NCBI GenBank assembly: GCA_963663035.1
Contig: OY760074.1
Span: 64,001 to 128,000, forward strand
DNA: 64,000 bases
Direction of reading: 5' to 3'
Source of the DNA: Acidobacteriota bacterium
GTDB lineage: Bacteria > Acidobacteriota > UBA6911 > RPQK01 > JADFOI01
Positions 19,317 through 30,831 of the stretch are shown piece after piece. The position numbers and the translations under genes were made by a program. Numbering within the stretch: the stretch's first letter is position 1; each line of letters begins with the position of its first letter. A model generated the notes under the pieces. It searched no databases and had not been told where the DNA came from. It saw only the letters and a program-made list of their open reading frames with translations.

Positions 19317-20165
19317 TCAGTGCGTCAAGGCGTAGATGACGTAGTTGATGCCAAATTGATACGCCAACGCGCTCATCCCAATCGGATAGGGGCGATCGCC
19401 AGCATGTTCCCAGCCATCGCCCATGTCGATGTTGAAGTTGATGATGACCATCAGATTGCCGTGATCGTCGTAGATGCCCCGCAAACTCGGCGGACCTTGC
19501 ATCTGGGCCACCGTTTGTCCGTTGGAACCGCGTCGCAAGTGCCGCTGACCAGGAATCTGCGTGAACCTGTCGAGCAGGAAAAAGTCGTTCATCAGTGGAT
19601 CGTCCTCCGGAATATCAACAATCGGACGGTCTGGAAAAACGCGCCGCATACCGGATTCAAGAACACTCCAATCGTACTCACCGTGAAGATCGTCGACCAC
19701 CAGGAACCCGCCGCGCAGCAAATACTCCCGCATGCGTTCAGCCTCCTGAGCGGTGGGGTTCCAGTTCCCGTTCCCGGGCTGCTGCATGAACAGAAAAGGA
19801 TACTGAAAGATCCGGTCGTCCGTTATCTCCAGATGTCGGCTGTCATCCGCAACGTCAAGAGTGGTCGTCTCGCGGAGTGCCGGAAGGAAGTTTTTCTCAG
19901 CCAGGGGATAGTCAATCGCCCAATAGGGCCGACCCCAAAAAAGGAATCCGGCCCTTCCATAATCCCCGTGGACCAAGCGCACCATGTGGAACTCAGCCTC
20001 GGGAGCGTCGCCGCTCTCGTTTTGACTACTGGCGACTCCAGCCAGCAGCCAGCCCCCCATTGCTGCGAGGACCACGAAAGTCATCCGTGCCCAGCGTCGG
20101 CTTCGGCCAAAGGCACGGATCGGAGCCGCCAAACGGTTGGGTACTTGAAACCTTCCGAGACTCAT
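19317..20165 (-). CDS. DUF4159 family protein
   Basis: WAIDYP, YLLRGGFLVVDD, DMGDGWEH, GINYVIYALTH. Confidence 0.88.
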   Translation of the reverse strand: MSLGRFQVPNRLAAPIRAFGRSRRWARMTFVVLAAMGGWLLAGVASSQNESGDAPEAEFHMVRLVHGDYGRAGFLFWGRPYWAIDYPLAEKNFLPALRETTTLDVADDSRHLEITDDRIFQYPFLFMQQPGNGNWNPTAQEAERMREYLLRGGFLVVDDLHGEYDWSVLESGMRRVFPDRPIVDIPEDDPLMNDFFLLDRFTQIPGQRHLRRGSNGQTVAQMQGPPSLRGIYDDHGNLMVIINFNIDMGDGWEHAGDRPYPIGMSALAYQFGINYVIYALTH

Positions 20166-20525
20166 ACGATTCGGTCTCCATCCTAGCAGAAGGCGCCGGT
20201 CAGATTCTGGCCGGAGGAGAAAATCAGAGACTATAGATTCAGGATCAAGATGTCAAAAGCCCACGCGAAGGAGCGATGACCGGATCCATGTAAGGCTTCA
20301 GAGGAAAGGTCCCTTGCTTTTAGACGAGAAGGAGGGTACCGTTTCGGTAACGGAGATCCAAGTTGGAGACTCCGAAGAGTGTCATTTCACAACAGTGAGG
20401 ACTTTTGTGGCACCGCTCGGCCAGTAATCCACAAGCCCTATTGGATCATCCAGTACGGGTATCGGTTCTGGGTAACGGATCGGAACTCAGAGAGTATTTA
20501 TCATTTCAGACTAAGGAGAAAGATC

Positions 20526-22531
20526 ATGTTGGATTATTTAAAGGGCTTGAACTTCGTGACGGCTAGCCTGGCAACAGCGATCCTGCTTGTTTCCGTGGGC
20601 ACTGTCCAGCCGCAGGATCTGCAGGATCTGCAGGAGCTGGTCAAAAGACAAGGCTATGCCGACGCCATCTTTGTCAACGGCAAGATCGTGAGCATGGACG
20701 ACACGTCCATCTCCTCTGAGCCCGGAAGCGTTTACCAGGCCCTTGCGGTCAAGGGTGACTCCATCATGAAGCTGGGCACCAACGCGGAGGTCAGGTCCCT
20801 GGCCACTGACTTCACCATCGTCTACGACTTGAACGGTCGAACCATAATCCCGGGTATCGTTGAAACTCACTCGCACATCTACGGTGGGGTGCTCAGGTAC
20901 CTGGATCGCTTCGGTATCGAGTATCCTCCCAATGAGGTCATCATCACTCCCCAGGCGGCGAACAACCTGGAGGAAACGCAGGGGGTACTGAGAGACTCCA
21001 TCCAGGAGGCGGTGAAGACCATGGCCCCGGGGGTGTGGTTGAGGGTCAACATGCGCCCCCACCCCGATGATCGTCTGCAGCTGGATGTGTGGGGGGACAC
21101 TCGGCGACTGACCACCCGGAGAACGATCGACCAGTGGGCTCCCAACAATCCGGTCGTGGTGCGTCCGGGAAACCGGGGTACCATCAACTCCGCAGCTCTC
21201 GATGTCCTGAACGAGTTCCTGCCCGGCTATTCGGACTCCATTCGAGATTCCATGCACATGGATGAGATCGGAGTGGACCCCGCCGAGATCGGCTGGGTGG
21301 GTAGTGTGGAGATGGGCGTCATCGGGTGGGAACTCCAAGCGGAACAAGTACCTCTCAATATCCTGGCTCAGACCCTGAAGCTTCGATCCGAGGCCTTTGC
21401 CGCCTCTCGCGCCGTCACCACTTTTTCCAGCCGCATTGAGAGTTTCCCAAAATTATGAGCGGGTACGCCGCTCTGGCCGAGCTGGGCCAGATGCCCATCC
21501 GTTTCTCCGTTCACTACGAGGTTCACCGAAGGCCCTCCAATCCCATCGAGACCCGCCAGCTCTACCGCAAGACCGGGGTGCTCCAGGGCATCGGGGACGA
21601 CTATTTGTGGTTCGACGGCGTGGGTTCCGAGCGCTGGGATTCGCATATCCCGGAAGCCTGTCTGGGGGATGACATCAAGGCGCCGTCCCACATCAAGGTG
21701 CGGGAGACCTGCCCCAAGTTGGGTGATCTCCACTGGGATACCCTGAAAAACGCTCTCAGGGCCGGTTGGCGGCTCAAGGGCGTCCATTCCGTAGGCGTCG
21801 AAAGCACGCGACGCTTCACCCAGATGATCGACGAAGCTATAGAGGGCACTGACATTACGATGACGGATATCCGAAACGGTATGTTCACGATCGAACACTG
21901 TGATCAGATCGGCAAGGGATCGGACATCCTCGAATTGATCAAGGAATACAACATCATGATCAGCTGCGACCCCAATTACATGTCGACCTTCGAAGCCCTG
22001 GTCCGGGATTACGGGGAGTACAACGAACCCGAGCATCTTCGGAAGTTCATGCTGCCTTTCAAGACGTGGATCGAGTCGGGTCTCAACGTGGTGGGCCAGA
22101 ACACCGGTGGACCTGCTCCCTTCCATTCGGAATGGCTGATGATGACAAGAGCGTATCGAGGGTACATCTGGGCTCCTGAGGAAAGCATCGATCGCGTTCG
22201 GGCACTCAAGTTGTACACTTCATGGGCGGGCCGCTACGTGACGAAGGCCGACCAACTGGGAACCCTGGAGGAAGGGAAGTGGGCGGATCTGGTGATTTTG
22301 AACAACGACTACTTCACCGTCCCGGTAAACGATATTCTCAAGATCCAGTCCCTTATGACCATGGTGGGAGGTCGGGTGATCTCCCTCAACGATCGCCTGG
22401 CCGAAGAGTGGAACATTCCACCAGTGGGCGAGCAATTCAACATCAACATGGAACGGGTGGAGGCTACCATCGCAGCGGCGGAGCAGGCCGTGCCCTGGGT
22501 CAGCGGGCCTGTTGGTGGGGGAGGAAATTAA
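20526..22531 (+). pseudogene. Amidohydrolase-3 (YtcJ-like) gene frameshifted near 21440
   Basis: PGIVETHSH in the first frame; EH and GTLEEGKWADLVIL in the second; removing one GA from attgagagttt restores ..RIEFPKIMSGY. Confidence 0.8.
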
Positions 22532-22572
22532 GCCAATCCCGGAAATACAGAGTCGAAGTCCCCGTTGGCGTG

Positions 22573-22606
22573 GACATTCTGTGGCGGATGAATCTTGGAA
22601 CCGTGA
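22573..22606 (+). repeat. Degenerate repeat A
   Basis: gacattctgtggcggatgaatcttggaaccgtga. Confidence 0.6.
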
Positions 22607-22630
22607 GACCAAAGGCCTTGAACTGTAATT

Positions 22631-23782
22631 TCACACAGATGTAAGGAATCTATTGCGTGAAGGGTCGGCGGGTTTGCGAAGCGAACTGACTAGATGGAGA
22701 AGGAAAAAGACGATACTCATTGCGTTCAGTAGGCCGCCCCATTCTTGCCCTTGTAGCCAACCTCCCGAAATGCTTTCTCCCAAGTGTCGCTCAGCCCACC
22801 AACCTCCTATGTCGCATCCTACTCGCAGAAGCAGGGAGAGGTGAAAAAGTATAAACGGCAAATACACCGTCTGATGGAGGGCCATGGGGCGTTGTCATAA
22901 TACTGGAAACACTATCGGTGCATGTCCGAAGATCATAGCGAACGCAAAGCCCAAAAAAGCAGTGTGTAGAACAGCATCATAGCGAGGTCCGGTTGCGACT
23001 CCGCCAGAAAGAACCCATAGAAGTCCACTTATCCCAAGCCAGACAAAACCCACGAGTAGACAAACAGAAGTGAAGCGACTCTTGCCGTGCTGACGAATCC
23101 CGTGGCGTGCTAAGTCGTGGCGTAAGAGCCAAAGAGAGACAATGACCATACCAACTCCAATCAGATGGAACCCCGCCTCCATGTGGAGTGTAGACAGAAT
23201 CAGTCCTAAGATTAGGCATCCAAGTCCTGCCCAGAAGCTCCAACGTCTGGCCCCCGGAGGGAAAGTAAATCGGCTCAGTTCCAATCGCTCGCCTAAAACA
23301 GTGAGAACAACAAAGCCCAACCACAACGCAACGAGACAATGGATAGGCCATCCCAAAAGCCATAGGCTGTTTCCAGCGAGCCAGGCTAAAGCTCCTAATC
23401 CAATGAGGACCACGGGCCAATTCCGTTGAAGACGAAGGACCATCAAGGATGTGATTACCAGCCCAACACTCCCCAAGGTCATTAATAGGGGACCCGCTCG
23501 ATCTGGTATGCCCGCTACAAAGCTCACTGTCCCAATCCCTGTCAGAAGTGGTCCTACAAATGCCCAACCCCAACCCAGCGCTATAGCTCGCTCAAGACTG
23601 ATGAGTATCCCCAGGAAGCCTGAAATCATTAGAGGGCCATGCTGAAGAGGTAATGCTGAAGTCACAGGAAGCTCCCAGCCAATTCGTGCTAGTCCTCCCC
23701 AAAGAGCCAACACTAAGGTGAGAACGCCCACCGCAAGCACAGGAAACCGGAGGAGGGTTCGTATTTGAAGCTTTTCCTTCAT
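22631..23782 (-). pseudogene. Multi-pass membrane protein (NnrS-like), frame broken near 22890
   Basis: HGPLMISGFLG..ISLERA, GERLELSR, HTAFLGF..MIFGHAP; last TM segments in another frame. Confidence 0.65.
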
Positions 23783-23858
23783 GAAACGAGGGCCCACATC
23801 CCAACTATACACACTAAAGCCGCACAAGCTTCCCTCAACCTGCTTCTATGAGAAGGCC

Positions 23859-24172
23859 CTTTCTTGTCAAGACCGACTTGGCGGTCAAAAGTCCGGGACC
23901 GGGTGATTAAGCCAGCTGATGGGAGTTCGCTTAATCGATCCAGTGATGCTGATTTTGTTTGCCTTGCTTCCATCCGCACTCTTTTTCAGCCCTTGATTTG
24001 GACTGGGTGCATGTAAGGGTTCGTCAAACTGGGCGCTGCAATCTGCGGCTCGTTCTCTTCCGAAGGAAGGAACAGCAGGTCGTTCGCAGTCACCCGAACT
24101 GGGCATTTGGATCATTGAGGTTAACTCCATGGGCGGGTCACGTTCACCGGAATCCCTTCTGGGTTCAATCTC
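23859..24172 (-). ncRNA. Putative bridge/seek RNA region, copy 2
   Basis: Same sequence as copy 1. Confidence 0.75.
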
Positions 24173-25261
24173 TTAGGCAGCCCCTTCCAGGTACTCTTGA
24201 TTGTTGTACAGCGGTTCATAGGTCTCTCCTGTGACCCACAGATGGTGCAGCAGGACCGAGAGTTTACGAGCCACCGCCACCACGGCTCGCTTCTTGGCGC
24301 TTTTTCCTCCTCTGGAAGCAATCCTCTCCCCATAGCGTCGCAAGTCACAATCCGAGCCAAAAGGTCCCAGGATGTACTGGGAACTACCGACCAGTAGTTT
24401 GCGAACGAATCGGTCGCCGGCTTTGGTAATCCTCAACTGAGGATCCCGATTCCCGGATTGGTCTTGTCTGGGAGTGAGCCCCAGATACGCTCCCACCTGG
24501 CGACTTCTTCCAAACCGATGGGCATCCTCGAGGGTCAAAACAAAGGCCAGAGCTGTGATCGGTCCTACTCCTCGAACTTGCTGAAGGTTCTCGGTGTCCG
24601 GATACTTCTGCTGGCACAGTTGCTGAATCTGCCGATCGTATTGGCGGATCTGTGCGGTGAGCTGTTGGATCATCTCCAGCAGGGGCTCCAAAGCCATCTT
24701 CAGGCAACCCGGAATGTGGAGTTTGACCCGATGGGGAAAAGCCTCTGTGGAACAACTGGGCAGACGCTCCCCGAAGGCTTTCACAGATCCTCGGATAGGA
24801 TTGACCAGCCGGGTTCGGGCTCTCACCAGCTCATCTCTAGCTTTAACCACCGCCAGGTCCGCTTGAGCGGCTTCGCCCCGATGCTGAATCGGATACAACA
24901 GCTCGGGATCCACTCTTCCTAAACGTCCCAGAAGCTCTCCATCCTTGCGGTCCGATTTCTTTCGGTTCTGGCTGATGAGTCGAACCTGTCGGGGATTGGC
25001 CACGATTTCTTCGTGTCCTTGCTCCTTGGCTATCGCTTGCACCCACCGAGAGTGGGTTCCCGTTTCCAACACCACCCGCATTTTTGGCTGAGACTTGAAG
25101 AACCTTTCCATGGCTCGTCGTTGAGTCTTCACCCTACCTTCTTCCACTTTCTGTCCTGACTTGTCGATGATGCAGTAGTAGGAAAATTTGTCTCCCAGGT
25201 CCAAACCCATCGTCAGTTCCGGAATCTGTGTGATCTCTTTGATAGAATCTTTCATGGCCAA
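24173..25261 (-). CDS. IS110-family transposase
   Basis: Protein identical to 2761-3849. Confidence 0.95.
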   Translation of the reverse strand: MAMKDSIKEITQIPELTMGLDLGDKFSYYCIIDKSGQKVEEGRVKTQRRAMERFFKSQPKMRVVLETGTHSRWVQAIAKEQGHEEIVANPRQVRLISQNRKKSDRKDGELLGRLGRVDPELLYPIQHRGEAAQADLAVVKARDELVRARTRLVNPIRGSVKAFGERLPSCSTEAFPHRVKLHIPGCLKMALEPLLEMIQQLTAQIRQYDRQIQQLCQQKYPDTENLQQVRGVGPITALAFVLTLEDAHRFGRSRQVGAYLGLTPRQDQSGNRDPQLRITKAGDRFVRKLLVGSSQYILGPFGSDCDLRRYGERIASRGGKSAKKRAVVAVARKLSVLLHHLWVTGETYEPLYNNQEYLEGAA

Positions 25262-25483
25262 GCTCCTTTGCTAAAGAGTTAATATTTTGCAGCCCAAGCT
25301 TTGGGACTGCGTTCCTCTTACTGCAGCTCATTTTAGAGACTGCCTCTGAGGAGTTTGGCCTTCTCATCCTTATCTGCTGCGGAGGTGGTTTAGGTATTGG
25401 TGTGTTCTAAGCGTAATTCCATTCTTAACCTGACAGAGGTGTCCGATAGCATTTCTCACCGAATCGTGCAGGGAGATTCTGAG

Positions 25484-26572
25484 ATGAGAAAGACCGATGC
25501 ACTGACGGGAGAGTTGCGGAGTATTTGGAACAGGAAGCTCTATCTTTGGTGGCGGAATTATAACGAGGAATATCTACTCGGAGCGCCCAAGTTGCCCCTG
25601 ATTCGAGTAGGAGATGGAAAGCACCTGCTCGGGTACTGGGATGGTGCAAGGCGGACGCTCACCATTTCCGAGGCCCATATCATACAGGATCCCTGGCTTT
25701 CAGTGATGGACACTTTGTGCCATGAGATGGCCCACCAGTATGTGGAGGAAATCCTAGAAGTGGTGGATGAAAGCCCCCACGGACCGGCCTTTAAACAGGC
25801 GTGTAAGCGACTGCGGTGTATCCCTCGGGCAAAGATCAGAGGGGACGAGTTGAGGAGTACTCAGGGGGGTGTAGCGAGAGACGAGAAGATCTTACGACGG
25901 CTGCAGAAGATACTCTCACTTTCCACCAGCCCCAATGAGCACGAGGCTCAAGTTGCTGTTCAGAAGGCGCGGTATTTGCTGCTCAAGTACAGTATCGATC
26001 TTAAGGAGTTAGACGAGGAGCGCCAGTTTGATAAGCGTAGTCTCGAAAAAGTCAAGGGAAGGCGGATGCCCTACGAGCTCTGGTTGGGGTCGATTTTGAA
26101 CGAGTTTTTCTTTGTGGAGGTGCTCTGGGTACAGAGTTATGACGCTTTGCGGGATCGGAAGGGATCGGTACTACAGATATTTGGGACGTCTGCCAACCTG
26201 GACATGGCCGAATACGCCTACCACTACCTCCAGCAGCTACTCGGGTGTTTGTGGGGCAAGTACAAAGCAGCCATCGGGATACGCGCCAATAGGGAGCGGC
26301 AGCGATATTTCGCGGGTGTGTTGGAGGGGTTTTACCAGAAGCTTGATGAGCAGGAGAGCACACTCCAGGAGTCGTATGCACTGGTGTGGAAGGGGGATCC
26401 CAAGTTGCAGGCGTTTTACCGGTATCTGAATCCCAGTGTGCGGACTCGATACTGGGGTGGGGTTTGCCAAACGCAGGTCTATCGCGACGGGCTCAGGGAG
26501 GGAAGACGGGTGACTATCCATCAACCGATTGCCGAGCCCACAACCAACTTCGGGGTTTATCTGACGGAGTGA
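25484..26572 (+). CDS. SprT-like metalloprotease + DUF2786 protein
   Basis: TLCHEMAHQ, HGPAF; KILSLSTSPNEHEA. Confidence 0.85.
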   Translation: MRKTDALTGELRSIWNRKLYLWWRNYNEEYLLGAPKLPLIRVGDGKHLLGYWDGARRTLTISEAHIIQDPWLSVMDTLCHEMAHQYVEEILEVVDESPHGPAFKQACKRLRCIPRAKIRGDELRSTQGGVARDEKILRRLQKILSLSTSPNEHEAQVAVQKARYLLLKYSIDLKELDEERQFDKRSLEKVKGRRMPYELWLGSILNEFFFVEVLWVQSYDALRDRKGSVLQIFGTSANLDMAEYAYHYLQQLLGCLWGKYKAAIGIRANRERQRYFAGVLEGFYQKLDEQESTLQESYALVWKGDPKLQAFYRYLNPSVRTRYWGGVCQTQVYRDGLREGRRVTIHQPIAEPTTNFGVYLTE

Positions 26573-26702
26573 GAAAAGTCCCCTTCGTGGCATTGCCTCT
26601 GAGTCAATACCCTAACTGATCAATTCAAGAGGGCTGCCTGAAGTCCGTGCGCGTACAGGGGCCTCGTGGGGGCAGGTCAGTTGGGAGCGTCAGGAGTATC
26701 AC

Positions 26703-27965
26703 ATGATCAGGACAATAAAAAAGAAGAATCTGCTGTCGATCATCGGCCCGGGAATCCTGGTCGCTGCCACAGGAATCGGGGCAGGTGATCTGGCCACAGC
26801 CGCCTTTTCTGGGACAAACTTAGGCGTAGCGATTCTGTGGGCAGTAGTTTTGGGAGCATTTTTTAAATTTGTGCTGAATGAAGGACTGACCCGTTGGCAA
26901 TTGGCGACCGGGGACACCTTACTTGAAGGAGCCATGAGCCACCTGGGGCGTCCAGCCCAATACAGTTTTCTAGCCTATTTTCTGGTCTGGAGCTTTATGG
27001 TCGCGGCAGCGCTGATGAGTGCCTGTGGTGTTGCTGTCCAGGCGATATTTCCCATCCACCCTGATCCATCGACCGGGAAGATCATCTACGGGATTGCTCT
27101 GAGTTTATTGGGTCTGGTATTGGTTCGTTTGGGCGGGTATCGGTTGTTTGAAAAAGTAATGAGTGTCTGTATTGCTGTCATGTTTGTCACCGTTGTCGTC
27201 ACTGCTGTTCTCTTGATGGAGAGTTGGGGAGAAGTCTTGGCCGGGCTCCTGTTGCCAACCATTCCGCAATTTCATGGGGAGGGATTGACCTGGACAATCG
27301 CGCTCATGGGCGGTGTAGGCGGCACGGTAACGGTCCTGTGTTACGGGTACTGGATTCGCGAGGAAGGACGATGCAGCATGGATGATTTACGAGATTGTCG
27401 TATTGATCTGGCGGTCGCCTATGGAATGACAGCTCTGTTCGGTTTGGCGATGGTTGTGATCGGCAGCACGATTCAGGTTGAAGGTGGAGGAGCGACCCTG
27501 GTAATCCAACTGGCTGAGAGGTTGGTGGAAGAACTGGGACTGATTGGCAAGTGGGCGTTCTTGCTGGGAGCGTGGGGTGCCGTCTTCAGCAGCCTGCTGG
27601 GGGTGTGGCAGAGTGCTCCTTACCTCTTTGCGGATCTCTGGGACATGATGGGGGGTGGTCAACCATCGGGAGAACGCTCCATTGACACACAGACAACCGC
27701 TTATCGTTGGTATCTATACGGCATTGCGACAGTTCCGATGATTGGATTGTGGATTGGATTCGCCAACATGCAGAAGTTTTACGCTGTTGTGGGAGCCCTC
27801 TTCATTCCCATGTTGGCGTTGGTGCTCTTGCTGCTGAATGGCCGAGCGAAGTGGGTCGGCGAAGCGAACCGAAATCGTCCGCTCACGTCGGCCATTCTAA
27901 TGGTTATCGTGCTTTTCTTCCTGATGGCAGGCTGGCTGACGATTCGTAACGCACTCGGGTCGTAA
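26703..27965 (+). CDS. Nramp-family divalent metal transporter
   Basis: GPGILVAATGIGAGD; about 11 TM segments. Confidence 0.85.
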   Translation: MIRTIKKKNLLSIIGPGILVAATGIGAGDLATAAFSGTNLGVAILWAVVLGAFFKFVLNEGLTRWQLATGDTLLEGAMSHLGRPAQYSFLAYFLVWSFMVAAALMSACGVAVQAIFPIHPDPSTGKIIYGIALSLLGLVLVRLGGYRLFEKVMSVCIAVMFVTVVVTAVLLMESWGEVLAGLLLPTIPQFHGEGLTWTIALMGGVGGTVTVLCYGYWIREEGRCSMDDLRDCRIDLAVAYGMTALFGLAMVVIGSTIQVEGGGATLVIQLAERLVEELGLIGKWAFLLGAWGAVFSSLLGVWQSAPYLFADLWDMMGGGQPSGERSIDTQTTAYRWYLYGIATVPMIGLWIGFANMQKFYAVVGALFIPMLALVLLLLNGRAKWVGEANRNRPLTSAILMVIVLFFLMAGWLTIRNALGS

Positions 27966-28022
27966 GGCAAATCTCAATATCCTGTAGCCTACCCGGGAAT
28001 TCCTAAGCCACCGTCCCCAATT

Positions 28023-28280
28023 CACCCCAACATTGCCTCCATCTATGGCTTTGAGAAATCCAGTGGCGTGCACGCCTTGGTTATGGAGTTGGTTGAAGGA
28101 CCAACCTCCCACTACAAGATCACAGAGAAGCTGGGCGGCGGTGGGATGGGTGTGGTGTACAAGCCTGAGGAGACCCGCCTGGGTGGTAATGTGGCCCTGA
28201 AGTTCCTGCCTGAGAAGTTGGTCCAGAATCGCCAGGCACCGGAGCGATTCCAGCGGGAGGCCAGAGCAGCATCGGCACCA
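28023..28280 (+). pseudogene. Chimeric kinase stub
   Basis: [28 protein letters not shown] fused to [30 protein letters not shown]. Confidence 0.85.
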
Positions 28281-28531
28281 ACAAATTGCAGCTACTTCTC
28301 GTCCTGGTCCTGTTTTGGCCCGTCCAGTTGCACACCAGCTTCAGGCGCATTCCCGGATAGGGCACACTGCGCTAGATATCCGTAATCAGTACACCAGAAT
28401 TCAAGCACGCCTGGCTTCACCCTTGGTCCGGCTATATTTTTATGACCGCAATCGGAAACGATCTGGGCCCATTATTGCTCTTCCTTTTTCTCTCGCATCA
28501 TCCTTCCTCTTGACTCACATTCCGCGCCATC

Positions 28532-29257
28532 TCACCGCGCTTCGGCAGCGAAACAATAGAACAGACCATTACCGCCGGTCGATATCAGGTTTTCCTGCGA
28601 ACAGCCTCGGCTTGGGTGCACCGAGTTCCATGAAATGCTTGTGCTGCTTGAGTTGCGGTCGAAGTGTCCCACCTGTGCGCTGCCGTCCGGCTGGCTGCTC
28701 GTCCAATTACTGCAGGTGTGATCGAGTCTGTCGGTGTAGGCCCGTCCATCGGTCTGTGACCCGGTCAGGACATCGTGATAGTTGGGTCTCTCGCCTTCGC
28801 CCGGCAGCAATTCACCTTTCTCGGAGAGAGCGGACGACTTGCTGATCAGGTTTCCCTTGCGTGCCAACTCCACCGTGTCGCCGTGCAAGTCGGCGAGATT
28901 CGCGGCGATTCGAGATCCTTTGGTACTGAACCATGGCCCGTTGCCGATGCGGTCGCGCGCATTGATGGCCGGTGTTCCATTGGCGGCCTGCGTGCTCAGA
29001 TAGGCGCGCCACGTATGCGCACCCATGCCTGCGGCTGTGGCAAGGTCTTGGCAATGCTGGTCAGCGCCGTCCAGTCCGCCGAGATCCGCACCCTTGCCGA
29101 GTCCGACGCTGGTGAGGAAAAAGGTTGGCGTTCCCCTCGGTGCCGTGACGATCGGCGGAACTTCGGGGGATGGCTGAGTCTGGGCGAGCGCCGGAAGGCT
29201 GCTCAGAAAAATGCAAATAGCGACAGACAGGGCGGTTTTCATAGTTGCGTTCCTCAT
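28532..29257 (-). CDS. Secreted lectin/endostatin-like protein
   Basis: DLGGLDGADQHCQ, WRAYLS, HDVLTGS, GLFYCFA. Confidence 0.8.
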   Translation of the reverse strand: MRNATMKTALSVAICIFLSSLPALAQTQPSPEVPPIVTAPRGTPTFFLTSVGLGKGADLGGLDGADQHCQDLATAAGMGAHTWRAYLSTQAANGTPAINARDRIGNGPWFSTKGSRIAANLADLHGDTVELARKGNLISKSSALSEKGELLPGEGERPNYHDVLTGSQTDGRAYTDRLDHTCSNWTSSQPDGSAQVGHFDRNSSSTSISWNSVHPSRGCSQENLISTGGNGLFYCFAAEAR

Positions 29258-29329
29258 ATTGCCATCTCGTGGCCGAGATGTGCCCGCGGCGAACTCACTC
29301 CAACTCACTCCAGCCAATCTGCAGTCAGT

Positions 29330-30556
29330 CTAGTCCTGGATTTTCACCAAGCCCACGCGGTTGGAGCTGGTCTGGTGAATCAGCAAATTGCCATCCTTGG
29401 TCACCCAGAAATTCCGGACGATGCCGACGCCGGAGGGAATGACCCAGCTCTGGAACTGTTCCGTCTTCGGGTCGAAGCGCACGAGTGCGTCTGGCCTCAT
29501 GCCCGACTCGTTGTACCAGATCACGTCATCCACGACGGCGAAGGCATAGGGATGAGCATCTGGCCCACTGGGTGAAGGCCACTCCCGGATCTCACCCGTC
29601 TCCGGGTTGAGCCTTCCGATGCGGCCTTGAGTGGAGTTCCCGTACCAGACCATGCCGTCGCTGGTGAGCCCAAGCCGGCGAATGCGTGATTCTTCGTTCG
29701 GCACTTCGTAGTAGCGGACGTTCATTGTTTTGGAATCCAGGGCCCCGATCTTGTTGGTGCCGTTGTAGGCGACCCAGATCGTACCGTCGGGGGCCACCTG
29801 GATGCCGTACGGCCTCGGCTCCGTCTGAACCTCAGTGAGTTCACCGGTCCTGGGGCTCAGGCGCCCGAGCATACCGGCCTGCTGGGCGGTAAAGTAGAGA
29901 TTGCCGTTTGGATGGAAGACCGCCGAGTGAGGGTCGCGGGCATCGGTCGGGTATTCGGTGATGATGCCAGTCCTGGGATCAAGCTTGCCAATAGTGGAAT
30001 TGCCGTTTCCGGTGTACCAAATGTTTCCGTTCGTGTCGGGAATCATGCTGTGGGGCCGCGCGGTGGGCGGCAGGTGAAATTCCTCCATCTGGCCCGTCTC
30101 GGGATCGAGCCGTCCTGCGAGACTGGCCCACATCCCCGTCCACCAGATCGAGCCGTCCGGTGCCTCGATCGGGTCGCGCGATCGCTGGCCGAGGGTTGGG
30201 ACCAGCCACTCAGTGATCTCGATTGCTTTGTCACCCGGAACCAGAGTGGGACGCCGCCCCGGCCGCTCGGGGAAATGCTCGGTCAGGTAGGTGGAAATGG
30301 TGTTGGCCTGGGCATCCGCTAGCGACATCATCGTGTCTATCAGCGCACGCCAGCCGGGCCGGTCGTAACCCGGCGAGCGAACGATCTGGTTGAGACCGTG
30401 GCACTGGGTGCACAGGTTCTGGACCAAGTGCTGGCCCGCTCCCGCCGGCAACTGGATCTCCTGGCCACCTTGCCTTCGCTGTGCTTTGGCCGGCGCAGCT
30501 ACAGCCAGACACACTAGCCCGGTGACGGTCAGGATAGAAAGCGCTCTGCTTTGCAT
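29330..30556 (-). CDS. Cytochrome c + Vgb (virginiamycin B lyase)-like beta-propeller
   Basis: CTQCH; repeated DGxIWxT..GRLDP blades. Confidence 0.85.
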   Translation of the reverse strand: MQSRALSILTVTGLVCLAVAAPAKAQRRQGGQEIQLPAGAGQHLVQNLCTQCHGLNQIVRSPGYDRPGWRALIDTMMSLADAQANTISTYLTEHFPERPGRRPTLVPGDKAIEITEWLVPTLGQRSRDPIEAPDGSIWWTGMWASLAGRLDPETGQMEEFHLPPTARPHSMIPDTNGNIWYTGNGNSTIGKLDPRTGIITEYPTDARDPHSAVFHPNGNLYFTAQQAGMLGRLSPRTGELTEVQTEPRPYGIQVAPDGTIWVAYNGTNKIGALDSKTMNVRYYEVPNEESRIRRLGLTSDGMVWYGNSTQGRIGRLNPETGEIREWPSPSGPDAHPYAFAVVDDVIWYNESGMRPDALVRFDPKTEQFQSWVIPSGVGIVRNFWVTKDGNLLIHQTSSNRVGLVKIQD

Positions 30557-30766
30557 AGGTTATTCAAGCGTTGAATGCTTTGCGTTGGGTGCGCATGCTT
30601 GTGTCTTTGCGGCTATTCCCCAGAACACACACGAAACAACGGGCACCAGCAGTACAGGCCGATAGACCTGGAATTACCGACTCGGATTTCGTGACGAACA
30701 GAGTACTCCCCATCCCGCCTTGGGAGCAAGAAGAATTCTCCTGTGTGATATAGATCGCTATTTTCA

Positions 30767-30796
30767 TTGCTTTCAGGACACCTCAAGACTTAGCAT
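30767..30796 (+). promoter_or_regulatory. Repeat D promoter (TTGCTT-18-TAGCAT) upstream of kinase
   Basis: Hexamers and spacing conserved across 7 copies. Confidence 0.65.
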
Positions 30797-30831
30797 TGGA
30801 GGGCAACTGCATTGCAGTGAGGGGGAGTTTC

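Larger units (their letters stand above)
23845..25373 (-). mobile_element. IS1111 copy 2
   Basis: Same as 2433-3961 apart from a terminal tcc/tct difference seen; flanks rejoin as caacctgCTgctgcgga. Confidence 0.93.

Noticed and set aside
21430-21460. Programmed frameshift in the amidohydrolase
   Set aside because: A 2-nt GA duplication explains the break; mutation or sequencing error is simpler
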